Source of the DNA: Owenia fusiformis
Lineage: Eukaryota
Direction: 5' to 3'
Assembly (NCBI GenBank): GCA_903813345.2
Contig: CAIIXF020000001.1
Span: forward strand, 3,844,001 to 3,908,000
Length of the DNA stretch: 64,000 bases
Shown here piece by piece: positions 23,500 to 37,126 of the stretch; positions within the stretch are counted from its first letter, which is position 1; every line of letters begins with the position of its first letter. Below the pieces are notes generated by a model, which saw nothing but the letters and a program-made list of their open reading frames with translations, did not search any database and was not told where the DNA came from. Made by a program: the position numbers and the translations under genes.

Positions 23500-24712
23500 T
23501 GCCTCATCAATTGTCTCCTCTATTTGAATTCCCCCACCTATTTGAATTGCCTCACCTATTGTGATTTGTCTTGTCTATTTGAATTGCCCCACCAATTTAA
23601 ATTGCCTCACCTATTGGGATTGTCTCCTCTATTTGAATTCCCCCACCTATTTGAATTGCCTCACCTATTGGGATTTGTCTCCTCTATTTGAATTGCCTTA
23701 CCAATTTGAATTGCCTCACCTATTGGGATTTGTCTTGTCTATTTGAATTCCCCCACCTATTTGAATTGCCTCACCTATTGGGATTTGTCTTGTCTATTTG
23801 AATTGCCCCACCAATTTAAATTGCCTCACCTATTGGGATTTGTCTTGTCTATTTGAATTTCCCCACCTATTTGAATTGCCTCACCTATTGGGATTTGTCT
23901 TGTCTATTTGAATTTCCCCACCTATTCGAATTGCCTCACCTATTGGGATTTGTCTTGTCTATTTGAATTTCCTTGTCTTTTTGAATTGCCTCACCTATTG
24001 GGATTTGTCTTGTCTATTTGAATTGCCTCACCAATTTAAATTGCCTCACCTATTGGGATTTATCTTGTCTATTTGAATTTCCCCACCTATTTGAATTGCC
24101 TCACCTATTGGGATTTGCCTTGTCTATTTGAATTTCCCCACCTATTTGAACTGCCTCACCTATTGGGATTTGTGTTGTCTATTCGAATTTCCCCTCCTAT
24201 TTGAATTGCCTCACCTATTGGGATTTGCCTTGTCTATTTGAATTTCCCCACCTATTTGAATTACCTCACCTATTGGGATTTGTCTTGTCTATTTGAATTC
24301 CCCCTCCTATTTGAATTGCCTCACCTATTGGGATTTGCCTTGTCTATTTGAATTTCCCCACCTATTTGAATTGCCTCACCCATTGGGATTTGCCTTGTCT
24401 ATTTGAATTCCCCCTCCTATTTGAGTTGCCTCACCTATTGGGATTTGCCTTGTCTATTTGAATTTCCCCACCTATTTGAATTGCCTCACCTATTGGGATT
24501 TGCCTTGTCTATTTGAATTCCCCCTCCTATTTGAATTGCCTCACCTATTGGGATTTGCCTTGTCTATTTGAATTTCCCCCCTCCTATTTGAATTGCCTCA
24601 CCTATTGGGATTTGCCTTGTCTATTTGAATTCCCCCTCCTATTTGAATTGCCTCACCAATTGGGATTTGCCTTGTCTATTTGAATTTGGCTTGCCTATTT
24701 GAATTGCTTCAT
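23500..24712. repeat. 55-bp minisatellite (~21 copies) built from three 18-19-bp subunits
   Basis: Unit CTATTTGAATTGCCTCAC-CTATTGGGATTTGYCTTGT-CTATTTGAATTYCCCCWC; TATTGGGATT recurs at 23831, 23886 and 23941 (period 55). Confidence 0.95.
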
Positions 24713-26019
24713 CAATTTTTAGGTTTTGGTCAAACCTTTCCATTGTACACTAAAGTACCCGAGACTGAATTCATGACCTGATAAACTTGAGAGTCTCAAT
24801 TATTGTTATAACTGAAGAACACATCAGTCAACCTTTTAATCAACTTTTTCGTTTGAAATGGGTATCTTGTTGTCAAAGCAATCATAAACTTACAGCATAT
24901 GACATATTTAAAATAGGAAACAACATACCCTTTCCAATAATTAAATTTGGGTTATTAAAAGAAAACTTCATATATAACTCCAGACTCTCACAGACCAATT
25001 TACATATGTACTAGGTTATCTTGTGACCCAGGTATGCCACAGGGATAGGCATTTGATAATACACATGAACACATGTATAAGTGTACCTGATGAATAGCTG
25101 GCAGTGCCCTATTTGCATTTGTAAAGTAGACCACAAATCTGACCGAACTTGGTAGAATTGGCCTCTCAGTGACCTAGGAGGACACATTCAACTATCAAAA
25201 CAAATAGATCTCCCAGTGCAGTGCTTTGAAGTGCATTCTCTATGGAACTTATTATTCAAAGGACACTGGAAAGTATCCTAGACATGTTTAAGAATCTAAA
25301 ATGAAAACTGCTGCTAGAAATGGTTAAAACACTATTCACTATTGACATTGTTTATACTGAGGTTTTGCAGGAATGTATTTTTTCTAAAAACAGATCCCCA
25401 ATTATTTTATGGTCAATCCCTTGCAACCTTAGCTAGCTGAGGAAGCAAAACACTCATCAACCATATTGATGAAACTTACTTATCAGGCCTGGGACTAATA
25501 GATTGACTTACCAGGAGTCTTACAAGCAGTCCCTTGGCATGAGTCATCTATGGAATATATACACTAGTAACACATACTGTAAACCTATATGACTCACAGT
25601 TCTAACTCACCAGGTCTCTTATTAAAAGTTGGTGAATTAATTATTTAGGAAAAGATGATTTCATACACAGTCAGTCACAGTGATTAATAAAGATTAGTAA
25701 TCAACCTACTAGATGCAAATTATAAAATACACATCAGTCACCGATGGGTAATATTATTGATTGATGGGCCCACTAAAGGATTAAAGTGTCTGTGTATGAC
25801 CATAGTCTGATAGATAAAGCAGAACTGAAACAACACAATCCAATACTCCAGGGACTCCCTTCATTCAACATTTCAAACTTTCAGTATAACAGCAGGTGTA
25901 GCTTTACCCCCCCCCCCCCCCCATCCCTGTCCTCTGTAGAATCTGGTGAAATTCTTTAAACAGCTGCAACAAGAAATACCTGTCTTCTGTATTTCATTTT
26001 TTAAAGTACACACAAACAT

Positions 26020-26143
26020 CAGCCTAGCTTGGCATGAGGGGGGCATGAGACACATAGCAAGGCAACTGCCTCACCTAAAATGTTTTGCCTCACTAATTTT
26101 AATCTTTGCCTCATCTACTGTTATATCCTGGCTATGCCCCCTG
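26020..26143 (+). mobile_element. Short MITE relic with TGCCTCAC internal motifs
   Basis: Ends in CCTGGCTATGCCCCCTG, carries three TGCCTCA motifs, and shares GCTTGGCATGAGGG with 23309-23322. Confidence 0.5.
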
Positions 26144-29100
26144 CATGTATGTATATGAGATGCTTTAAAATAATTTAGGTACTCTAAAACCAAATAGATT
26201 ACCCATACTACCCTTTGCCTTTGACAAAATAGGCTTTAAATACACTCTTTAAATGTACCCTTTTCAATCAGGAATTGTTGTCTAAAATGACCACTCATCT
26301 GTCTTTATGCATTATGTAGTTGACATTCATTAGAAATTAAAAAAAGATTCTTTTGGGGTCATTGAGATATTATTTGGTACAAAACTGTAAAATCATTTTA
26401 TTAACTCAGAGGGCTATGAATCCTACTAGTCTCTGGTTCTCAGGGTTATATTCCAACTAAATAAAGCCAAGGGATGTAAATGTGATAAAGTAAAAAGCAA
26501 TTTCTTTCATGATCTAACTTTATATAGCGTTGCCCCTTTAACTCTACTTTGTATGACATTTCCGTCAAAGGAAGTTGAGACAGTACCAGACCTCCATCCT
26601 TATGTTAGCAATTTACTTAACAGTCAGAACAGATTCTTTAGACTTAACAAAAATAGAGGTAAAAACACACAGGAACACATTCTATCACTTCAACTAACAT
26701 ATGGCTTTCATAAGACACCAGTTCAAGCAAGAGATAATGAAAATATAAAAAATATCACCTAGGCTCTCTGTCTTGTAAATATTTTTTTCAAGGTGAAATG
26801 TTAGTGAGCTACTTATCTAACAGGGCCAAACACTCCAGGAGAGATGTCTTGGATTGCACCTGGGATTGCCAAATTTGGTAAAATATTTGAGTCCTCTGTG
26901 TTATTCAATCTCTTAGGCAGCAGGGAGACATGAGCATCAACACTTGGTACTAATCTCTATCTGTCTCCAGACTTATATTACACACTTAGACTTAGCATAT
27001 GTCTCTTACTTACCACTGGTGAGGAGCTTTCTGAAGTTCCTTTAGCACTTTGATCTTGAGTAACCAGTTGGCTTTGTCAAATATAACATCATTATAGCTA
27101 ACCACATCATGGACAAACCTGGTCCCCCACACCCTGACTACATATACAAAGCATAAATCAACATGCAAAACAAACCTCTTAAAACATTATATATGGAGGA
27201 AGATTTCTGCTTTGTCTTTGATCATTTTACTAATTAAAGTGGCACTGTATGATCGTGTTCCTAATTAAAGTGGCGCTGTATCTTTCTTGAATGTTTGTGA
27301 AGAAAATGAACATGTCTTTGAATACTGATGTTAGTGTGCCAAATGTTATGAATCTCACAATTAAATGACTCATGTAAAGGGACTCTTTGAAGATGGGGAG
27401 TGTGTCTTTTTATTTGACAAAACAGAAATCAGTTCTCCAACTTCCTTCCATTTACGGATCTACTTTTCAAAAAGAGAAATTCTTCAAGTTTTTTTCAAGT
27501 TTATCTATTTTTAGTATTGCTATTACAGGAAGCTAAAGGACATAATGAACGAGGCCTTTGGTTGATAGTGCAAGCTAAATAAGAAGCTTAAATCTGTCAT
27601 TCCCTCATACAAGCAAGATAATGTACATCAAATCAAAGATTTATCAGAAATAATCCATGGATTATAATCCAATCAGCACAATTTTGTCAACAGGACGCCT
27701 AATATGAAATGTTCAAAATCAATAAAGGTTCACAATGAGAAGTCAGAATATAATTTGGTTATTAAGTAATTTGGTCTTTAATGAAGACTTGGTATTACAT
27801 GAAAAGCCTTGCGTGTGTAAGACAGAAGAAGAGACATAAGCTCCTCATTTTTTTGTTTTTGTATCTGCCCATCTTGGATTTCCAAAGTATGAATTAGGTT
27901 TTCATCACACAGGAAAGCCAATGTGGCACATGTAATGGCTGTCCCAGTCATTTAAGACATTTTGTAAAAAACATGTTTATCATTTTTGCCACTTAAGTTG
28001 TACGTGGTGGTTCAAGTTTTAAACATTGTATGAATTTCCGAATTTCAATATTTTTTACTCATCTGGAATATGTGATTAGGTTGAGTTAACTGTTATACTG
28101 CCTTCTATCTGTTGCACCTTCAAGCCTCTCACATTTCTCAGCTGGCTTGCAGGATTCTGACATTTCAATCAACAGGAGATGCAGTTTTCAGTAAATTCTT
28201 CTTATTAATGACTTTCAAGTTGAGATCCATTGCCAGGTATGATATGGAAACAGGTACAGTGTATAATTAAATGTGAAACAACACTTTGAAACAGAGAGTG
28301 TGAAATTGGAAGCATTACCTTTCAAAAAGCATGCTCAGGTCTCTTTTACGATCCTAATTTTAATATCTGAAAAAGGATTCAGAAATATGATGCAGAAATG
28401 TTCAAATTCATTAAAATAGGACAAGGATACATTGCTTTTGACAAAATTATTGCAAAATCACCTAAAAGTCGAAGCAATATCATGGAATAAATTCTGAACT
28501 GTAAAAGATCAAAAAATATTGTAAATTGGCAAAAAATGAGCTATGTGTTTTTTCATGGGACTAGAGCACTTGTATGTGGAAATAAGCACTTCACATTATA
28601 ATTATTTTCTGTTTTTCAAAACTCTGAATGCATGTGAATAAAGTTAAAGTAATAACCCCATCCCCAGGGGTGTCCTCCAGGGGCCTTTTGAGTATTTGGT
28701 GGCATTTAGAAGACCTGTAAACCACCTCATAATAATCACAACTTCGAAGATTTATATTTAAGGAAACCACAATTTATTTCCAATGTTTTTTTGAACAGCA
28801 CAATCAACTCTGTTAAACGTTAAGAGTTAAAGAGTTAAGACAGCCTACTCTGTTTTTGTCATCTAAAGAAGGCCAAGGAATTTTCACGCACCTTACCAAT
28901 GCTATAATTTGTTTTATTTTTTAGGAGGATTAGAGGCATTTCATACAGGAAACACCTGAAGTGAAACCCCATATTCCATGAAACTATATACAGTTTATAG
29001 TTTTGACATCTGACAGATCAAACGAGGTCAGTTCAAGATATTTGAGTTGTACATTGCATTCAACATCATGACTTTAAAAAGTAATATTACCCTTACCCTC

Positions 29101-32100
29101 TGGGCCTCAAGGAATAGTACCTGTTGAAGTGACACAGGTCACAGGAAAAAATATTTATATGGTATTTAATCACTGAAAAGTAAGGTGTCACATCAAAAAG
29201 TTGATATACAAACCAATATATTCCCCATGCTGTCACACCAACAGAAAGGTGTTACACCATTCATGGAGTAGGGTGTCAAAGCAGATAATTCTTGAGATGG
29301 GTGTCAAATCAAACTATACACAACCAGATTTCAAATCAATATTTTTACAGGCATTGTGTCACATCAACATATTCCTGAGTAGGGTGTCAGTTCAAATACA
29401 TCTTTTAGTCATGTGTCACATCAATATATTCAATTCTTGAGGAAAGTGTCACTACTTATTTCCCTAAAGACTCCAACATGACACCAATAACCTTTCAAAG
29501 GGGTCCACCATTGTGGGCTTTCATAATTGGCTTTCAGCATGGGTGTTCAATCATCATGGGCTTTCATGGCTTCCATGGGTTCATATTCAGAGATGGGAGT
29601 CACAACATACATTACATGTATGTACATGTACTACTGCAACCAAATCCAGTCCTCATTTTCTATCTTTTACGGACATTTCCAATTCTTTCAATCTAGCTTT
29701 CTGCTGCATAGCACTGTTGGCTTAACCATCATATCTGCCATCTGGAAATATAGGTAATAACAATCAATATAAGTCTGGTAAGTAAGGCAATACTGCAGCA
29801 TGATGTAATAGATGGAAGGCAGTGTAAGTTGCATCAGTAGCATACTATTGGACGTCTTCAGGCAAAATTGTGGCAGTTTTAACACTTTAATGGCCTGGTA
29901 CAAGTGTGAAATATTTCAACATTTCACTTTGATTTATGGAAGAAAAGAGAAATAAACATCAACATGTACTGTATATACTGACAGACAGATGGATCATCAT
30001 ACTTTATCATACACCTTAACATCCTGTTAACAGGTATCTTGGATCCTGTGATCTGATTGGTCAAAAAGAGGTTAATAATTTATTATATCGAACAGTAAGT
30101 AGAAAAATTTGTATTTACACCTCCTGGAAATCTAATTTCAAGGTTTCCTTTTTTTATAGATTACTGAACTCAGGGGGCAAGTATTGTGCCATTATCTTTT
30201 GCATTCAGTCCATAATGGGCTGAACCATTCAAAGTTATCAGGATGTCCTGAGAATATTGATCCAAATGATAACAGTAGGACATTCAATTTGAATTTCCCA
30301 GGAGTTAAGGTTTTGATATTTGGATGGCCCAGCTCCAGGCATTTTGATGTATTTTTGATACCAAATTCAAGGACGGTCACAATAAAAGGAAATGAATGAG
30401 GGGTTCAGTATTTCAAACTCAAGTATTACTTGGGGGAGGGGGAGCTGGTACAAAATCGTAATTGATGTCCAGAAAGTGGAATATTTGAAGTTAAAATTTT
30501 TTGTCGATCTCCTGGTTGGGGGTACACCATGGTATACACCATGACATGTACTAAAGTTTGTTGACCTTTTATTCATCGAAAGTTCATACCACATACTCTA
30601 GTGTGATTCTGAAACATCATTTCTGTTATGATAATCTAACATATAATATTTTCAAACTTCATTATATATCCCACAAATCTGAGATGCTCACACATATAAC
30701 CCTTCAGATATGAATTCAATTATATACCCTATATTTTTCATTTTCTCATTTAGCCCAAAGCTTTTAATGTTTTCTTGTTTTGATAATGGTGACATGTGAG
30801 TTAACAGGCATTGAAAATGTACCCTTTCCATAAGTTTCATTTTGCCTTTCCTCCATCTATAGTATACTACAACAAGCCTATTGATCCTATTGTATCCAGA
30901 ATATGGAACAGGAGAGAGTGTTCATTTTATGAGGAGTTCATTTGAGACTTTAATGTTCACAAATATTAGTAACATACTGAATTTTACAAAAATATCTATA
31001 TTGTTATTACTATAGATTAGTATAGTATACTTGGTAACGTAAAGGTTAACCAGTTCATTATTATAAAAATGGATATGATAATCAATAGTTAATACTTTTA
31101 ATGGAGTAACATAATACATTCTAAACACGGATATGCCGGTTATGTGTATTTATGTGTATGTATGTTTATACCGGCAGAAGTGCGAACTTAACGATTTATA
31201 GGAAATGAAGAGATAAGTTCAACTTATGAGACATTCATGTTTTTATCACAGATCAAGAATGACTTGAAGTAATGTCATAAAAACATTTAATCATCATTAT
31301 CAATCTAATGTGATATGTTACTGCCTTCACATAGACATGGGGAATTGTCATTTTGGAAGTGAACCAAGTCACCTGTACTGTATAGTGTCTTCAAAAGGAT
31401 AAGTCAATTCATATACTTTCTGGGACAATACCACAGACATGTACTACACTTCCGACAGTTACTATTTATAGGATTAATTCTAGGGACCACTTCAGTATTT
31501 ATTTATGAATGGCTGTATGAGATAAATCCTTCAATAAGTATATCTAAATTCTAATATCTTGAATTGCTCCCTTGTGCGTGTCCTTAATAACTTCTGGCAT
31601 TGTTCCATTGACATTACTACCTACCACAAAAACACATGCTCTTTCACTAGATTATGAGCTTATAAATACACTTTAATTGATCAATCAGAATATCAAATGG
31701 CAATTATAGAACACGTGCAAAGTGTGAATTATTTAGAATTTATTCCAAATATATCCTTAATGTTTATATTTTGCAAAGTTCAAGGGGCCAGACTAATGGC
31801 CTAGATTTTTGGTCTCTGAAATATGGTAACTGCGTTCATCAAAAATTAAGTTTATATAAACTTTATGTAATGTACATTATTTTTTATGGGACCTCTAGTT
31901 ATATAATGGGAGGGTTTGGATATAGAGTTTATCCCGAGGGAAAGATATATATTTCTTGACAGACTGCTTCAGGCAGATTTCAGTTTTACACCACTGTTAT
32001 CTCCCTGAAACTGAATCAGATAAATTAAATAAAAGTTAAGAAGTATATGTATAATACATGTTATTTTCCTCTACATCCAAAAGAGAATTTTGGGTAATAA

Positions 32101-32921
32101 ATATATAATATTATGCATATGTCATTTCCCCCACCTCCTTAAAGGAGAGGCCCACACTTCCTTTATGAAGCTGCATCATATAGTATTTACAAGATGTTTT
32201 TGAGTTACAGCAGGATGAAGGAAGGGAATAGGTTTGAACTCTATGTCAGTTATGTATATGTACGGGATATACATGTCAAGTTGAACTTCATTAATACAAT
32301 AGTGGAATTTTTCATTCATAAAAAGTATTTCTAAAGTGCATTTTACAAAAAGGTTTTGACTATCAGTGAAATCAATAGCTTTCTAGAAAACCCATGGTCT
32401 AATGGAGGCCCAAGGTAGCTGATACTCCATCTATTGACATTAACCAATTGTTTTATTTCTCAGGGCCGTTCCCAAGGGGATATGTACTAGATAGCTTTAC
32501 CATTAAATCATGGTTCTGGTTTTGTTGCACAGTAGGAGATAAGTCCTGGGTAAAAACTATGTGAATATAAATAATGGATGTGTCAATACATTGACACCAG
32601 ATTATAACCTCAATGGAGCTATTGTATTGATATTCAGGTCATTCAGTCCTTGGGTAAAAACCAAACATAGACTCATTCAGTTTGAACAATAAAATAAGGT
32701 CAATGGAAATAAAGTAATATACATGTGCATGTATTGTTGATATCTACTGGTAAATCTTAAAGAAATTGGAGACCAATGTCTCAAGTACTGTATGTACCCT
32801 TTCCAACATTTAGTTTCATTTAATGTATAAGGCGCTGATATTTAGGGTATAAGTATATTTCTTTAATGGTGAAGTATAATATTGCCAATGTTTTTGCTCC
32901 TACATCTTGATCCATTAAAGT

Positions 32922-35900
32922 CACTGGGGGGTATCGTGATGCAACAACACCGTGTTGTTGCATCAAGATGGCCAGACTTCCGGTGATAGATTTTCGTACG
33001 ATGTTTTGTTTTCCCAATTTAAACCCATTTCTAGGACGAGTTGCTCAATAATCATACACATGCAGTTAGCGCATGATCTATATTTTAAAAAACTGTCATT
33101 GGTATACATGTAGCATCATCAAGAAGCGATAAATTCGTGGTTTTAATTCCTCACTATTGATGCAACAACACCACTCTGTTTCTTATCGATGATGCAACAA
33201 CACCAATGTGCTGATGCAAAAACGCCAATATAATGTATCATTGAACAACAAGAGAAACTATTTTATGTTCTGTTTACAGGTGTAGGTCGGGACATGAATA
33301 AAACGCGCGATTCAGTGGTCCATGAACGAAACGTATTTTGTTAGGTTTCTTTGTCTATATCAAAGTTAAAAGGATATACAAGGCAAACTAAATAAAGTAC
33401 AGAATCCCCGGGAGGCAATCTCATTGATATTGTATCTGAAAAATAAAGATTATACATTTTCTAAATTAAATACCCTTGATTTACCGTATGGAAATTGCTT
33501 ACAAATAACTAATATAATTTTGGAAAGACAACAGATATCAGTCATTTTGTGTTGTTAGTACCTCAATTGAAATACTCAATTCACTGAAATATTCGATTCT
33601 GATTGGGTGATTAGCGGTCAAAATTATGTACTGTTGACCGCTACTAGGTACTGTTGACCGCTACTTCTGAAAAAAAGTTTCATGACGTCACAAAAAACAT
33701 GGAAGACGGACATTTTGTAAACGTTGATGAAAATGACTTTACTAGGCGACAAGTATAGGCAAAAATACAAATAGAAACTTAAAATTAACATTAATTCACT
33801 AACGAGTACGCCGTGATGTGCCAAATACAGAGTTAAGCTACTTGCACTGTCTCCATATATTCTAAAAGAAATATTGCTAACGTGGTTCGGAGAAAAGGTT
33901 GTGAAATGAAGATTGATGATTGTCGTCTCTCGTATGAGTTTACTCGGACTAACAAAACAATTGTAGACCTCTCCATTCGATCAACCGTCAAAATCATATA
34001 CCTCGACTGTAAACCTTGAAACTACTGTTGACCTCGACCTTCGGTCTCTGTCAACAGTAGTTTTTCGGTTTACAGTCTCGGTATACAATTATGCCGGTTG
34101 GCCTCTGGGGAGGTCAACAATTGTAAACTGTTGACCACTACTAGGTACTGTTGACCCTTATTTTTGAAAAATTGTTTTTTTAATGTTGAATTTTTTTTAG
34201 TTTTGAAAAAATAAGTTGTGTAAAAAATTACAAGTATTCGACGGTTTGGGGATTTTTTTTCTAAAATATGATGCCTTTATCAAATATGTTCATGTGATAT
34301 TCGATTATATATTCGTCCAATTATTATATTATTTGGACTAACAGAACAATTGTTAACCTCTCTTTTCGGTCAACTGGCAAAAGTGTCCTCGACCTCTGGT
34401 CTTGATCAACAGTACTTTCAAGGTTTACAGTATCGGTATACAATTTTGCCAGTTGACCTTAAGAGAGGTCTACAATTGTATATTATATCCTTCAAATTAT
34501 TATATTCTTCGGACTAACAAATAATTGTTAACTTCTCTATTCGGTCAACTGGCCAAAGTGTATACCTCAACAGTAAACCCTGAGAGTACTGTTGACCTCG
34601 ACCTCCGAACTTTCAAGAATTACAGTATCGGTATACAATTTTGCCAGTTGACCTCAAGAGAGGTCTACAATTGTATATTGTATATCCTTTGTTATCCCAC
34701 CCAAAGTATGATGTCATATATCAAGCTGAAGAGTTGTATACGCTGCTCAGGAGTTTACGCTATCCAGGAGTTGTACATCGTTCTCAAGAGTTGTATAGGA
34801 TGAGTGTTGGTTTAGTGACATTGCAGTTATACAATGCTATTATATAAAGGTTATTTACTGAGAGGGATTCAATATTGGTTTTATTTCGAGAGACAATATG
34901 ATATTTCCCGAGGGCCTGGGATATCTTGGATAACTGTACCCCTATCAATTTACCTTTTTGGGCCCTAAATCTTTTTGTTCACTTTTGTTTACCTTTTTAC
35001 TCAGTCGGAGAGAAGGAATCCAAAGAGAGCAATAATTCTACATGTGCGTCGTGCAAGATTTCCATTAAACGTGTAACTAAACGGCCTCTCTAATAAAGTC
35101 AATTAGACATTTTTACACGTTGGCTCTCCAAATTGGAGGAAATAAAGAATCATATCATATTATATCATAGATGAAGCAATCATCCCATCAACATAAACTC
35201 ACGAATGTCACAGTTTTAGTTTTAGTTATAATTTGATAAACATTGGTAACGTACATCTTCTAGTTTATCACTGTTCCAAGGATGGATTACAGATAATATC
35301 ATGATAATATCCAATAGCTCATCATGTTTACCGAGAACGAAAGATGTTTGTCCACCATTTTGAATGATACTAACTGGAGTCAGGGTCATCAAGCTATGGA
35401 ACAGTGGTTTATGAAAATAGATTGGGTTACTATAGCTTGCCATGTTAAAGGCGATTGAACTATGTTATAGAACAACGTCCAGTACATTATAATATGTAAA
35501 AGTATACATTTTTGAAAATACATATAAAGGATCTTCGCCCGCAGGACGTGTATTTATGGGTAGGCTAATTGGTAACGTTGTTGCAATAGTAGCATTTAAA
35601 AATCTGTTCCTCTCGAGATTTATGGTGTTCTGAAATTATACTATTAATTGGTGTTGCTGCATCATTGCTCAAATCTAGAGGGGTGTTGTTGCATCTTCGG
35701 TTTGGTGTTGTTGCATCAATAGTGAGGAACTAAAACCGTGAACTTATTGCTTCTTGGTGATGGTACATGTATACTAATGACAGTTTCTTTAAATATAGAT
35801 CGTGCGCTAACTGCACGTGTATGGTTATTGAGCAACTCGTCCTAGAAATGGGTTTAATTGGGGAAACAAAATATCGTACGAAAATCTATCACCGGAAGTC

Positions 35901-35953
35901 TGGCCATCTTGATGCAACAACACGGTGTTGTTGCATCACGATACTCCCCAGTG
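32922..35953. mobile_element. 3.0-kb non-autonomous DNA transposon with ~250-bp CAC-ended TIRs and 5-bp TSD (Transib-like)
   Basis: TIRs at ~32922-33174 and ~35703-35953 begin CACTGGGGRGTATCGTGATGCAACAACACCGTGTTGTTGCATCA; TSD AAAGT (32917-32921, 35954-35958). No transposase ORF is seen inside. Confidence 0.92.
33580..34920. mobile_element. Nested palindrome-rich element(s), possibly Crypton-like non-autonomous
   Basis: ~170-bp imperfect palindrome at 33956-34125 centred on GACC-TTC-GGTC, with two degenerate copies (~34345-34480, ~34522-34675). Flanking motifs are TTCTGATTGG and ATATTTCCCGAGGGC. The family assignment is recollection only. Confidence 0.5.
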
Positions 35954-36294
35954 AAAGTGTTCCAATTAATCAAATAGTGGTTTAGTTCTTGAAGAATATG
36001 TTAAGGGGCTAGTTGAGTAGGGGCAGGGGTGGCAGGGATGGTTGGAGCAAGGACCTCTACCAAATCGAGTACAATCCCCCATTATGGGTTTAACATCTTT
36101 CTTCCTTTATGATCTATAACATGGGTCAGATGAAAAAAAAGAATACCGTTTGTCAACTTAATTTGTCAAATTGGGCAAAATCGGCAAAGATTTAATTTGG
36201 TGAATTTAGTAGATCAATCAAACATCATTCACTTTTTTTTGCAATTCGCCAAAGTCACCAAATTAAATTGGTCGCCAAACTAGAAATCGCCAAC

Positions 36295-37126
36295 TCCACA
36301 GAGTAGCAAATCCCAACAAACACAATATAAATCATGAATCTGTACAGTCACTATATAAAATTAACCATTTTACTCTTCCCTTCAATAAATTTTGGAGATC
36401 ACTGTCGTATCATGTAACCATACTTTAAATACTATATAAATATACATCCAAATATCTCTAAGTAATGGCGAATTCCTGCTCTAGGTAGCCATTTTGAATT
36501 TTCTGAGGTTCAAATCAGAAAAACAATACCATATTGTGATCTTCTCTAAAATTCCTTCAATTTGAGTATAATATAGCCATACTTCTAAGAGATCGGAAAA
36601 TTATTGTGAAATCCAACATAAGGCAGCCATTTTGAATTTTACAAGGCCCGAATCAGAAAACTGATACATTGATCAATGTTTGCAATCTACTCTAAATTGC
36701 CTTTCATTTGAGTATAATAAAGCTGTACTTCAAAAACCTCTAAAAATTAGTGCAAATTCCTGTTTTTCCCTCATAGCCTCTGGGGGTCAGGGTGAAAAAG
36801 GTGGATATATGTGAAATAGATAGATAGTTGTAAATATACTACCAAAATTTCAAATAATAATATTTACTACTTTGGTTTAAAATGAAAAACATAAGATTTT
36901 TGTGAAAAATTTCCATCATTTTTAGAGCGATGGCCATCTTGAAAATTTCTTTTTGCGTAAAACTATTCATACCTTTCCACCAAATGTGAAGAAAATCTGT
37001 CATCTAGTCTTCCAGACAGACAGATGGACAGATGGATTGACTGACAGACGGACAGACTGACAGATGGAAGGACGGATAGAGGGCTTCACTATATCCCCAG
37101 AGAACTGCGTTCATTGGGATAATCAA
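36295..37126 (-). mobile_element. HINE-like element sharing both termini with 5884-7157
   Basis: The reverse complement begins TTATCCCAATGAACGCAGTTCTCTGGGGATATA plus a (GTCY)n tract and ends TTTGTTGGGATTTGCTACTCTGTGGA. Internal repeats contain GCCATTTTGAATTTT. Confidence 0.72.

Noticed and set aside
23500..24712. CRISPR-like array
   Set aside because: There are no unique spacers (the whole unit repeats), no cas genes, and the context is eukaryotic.
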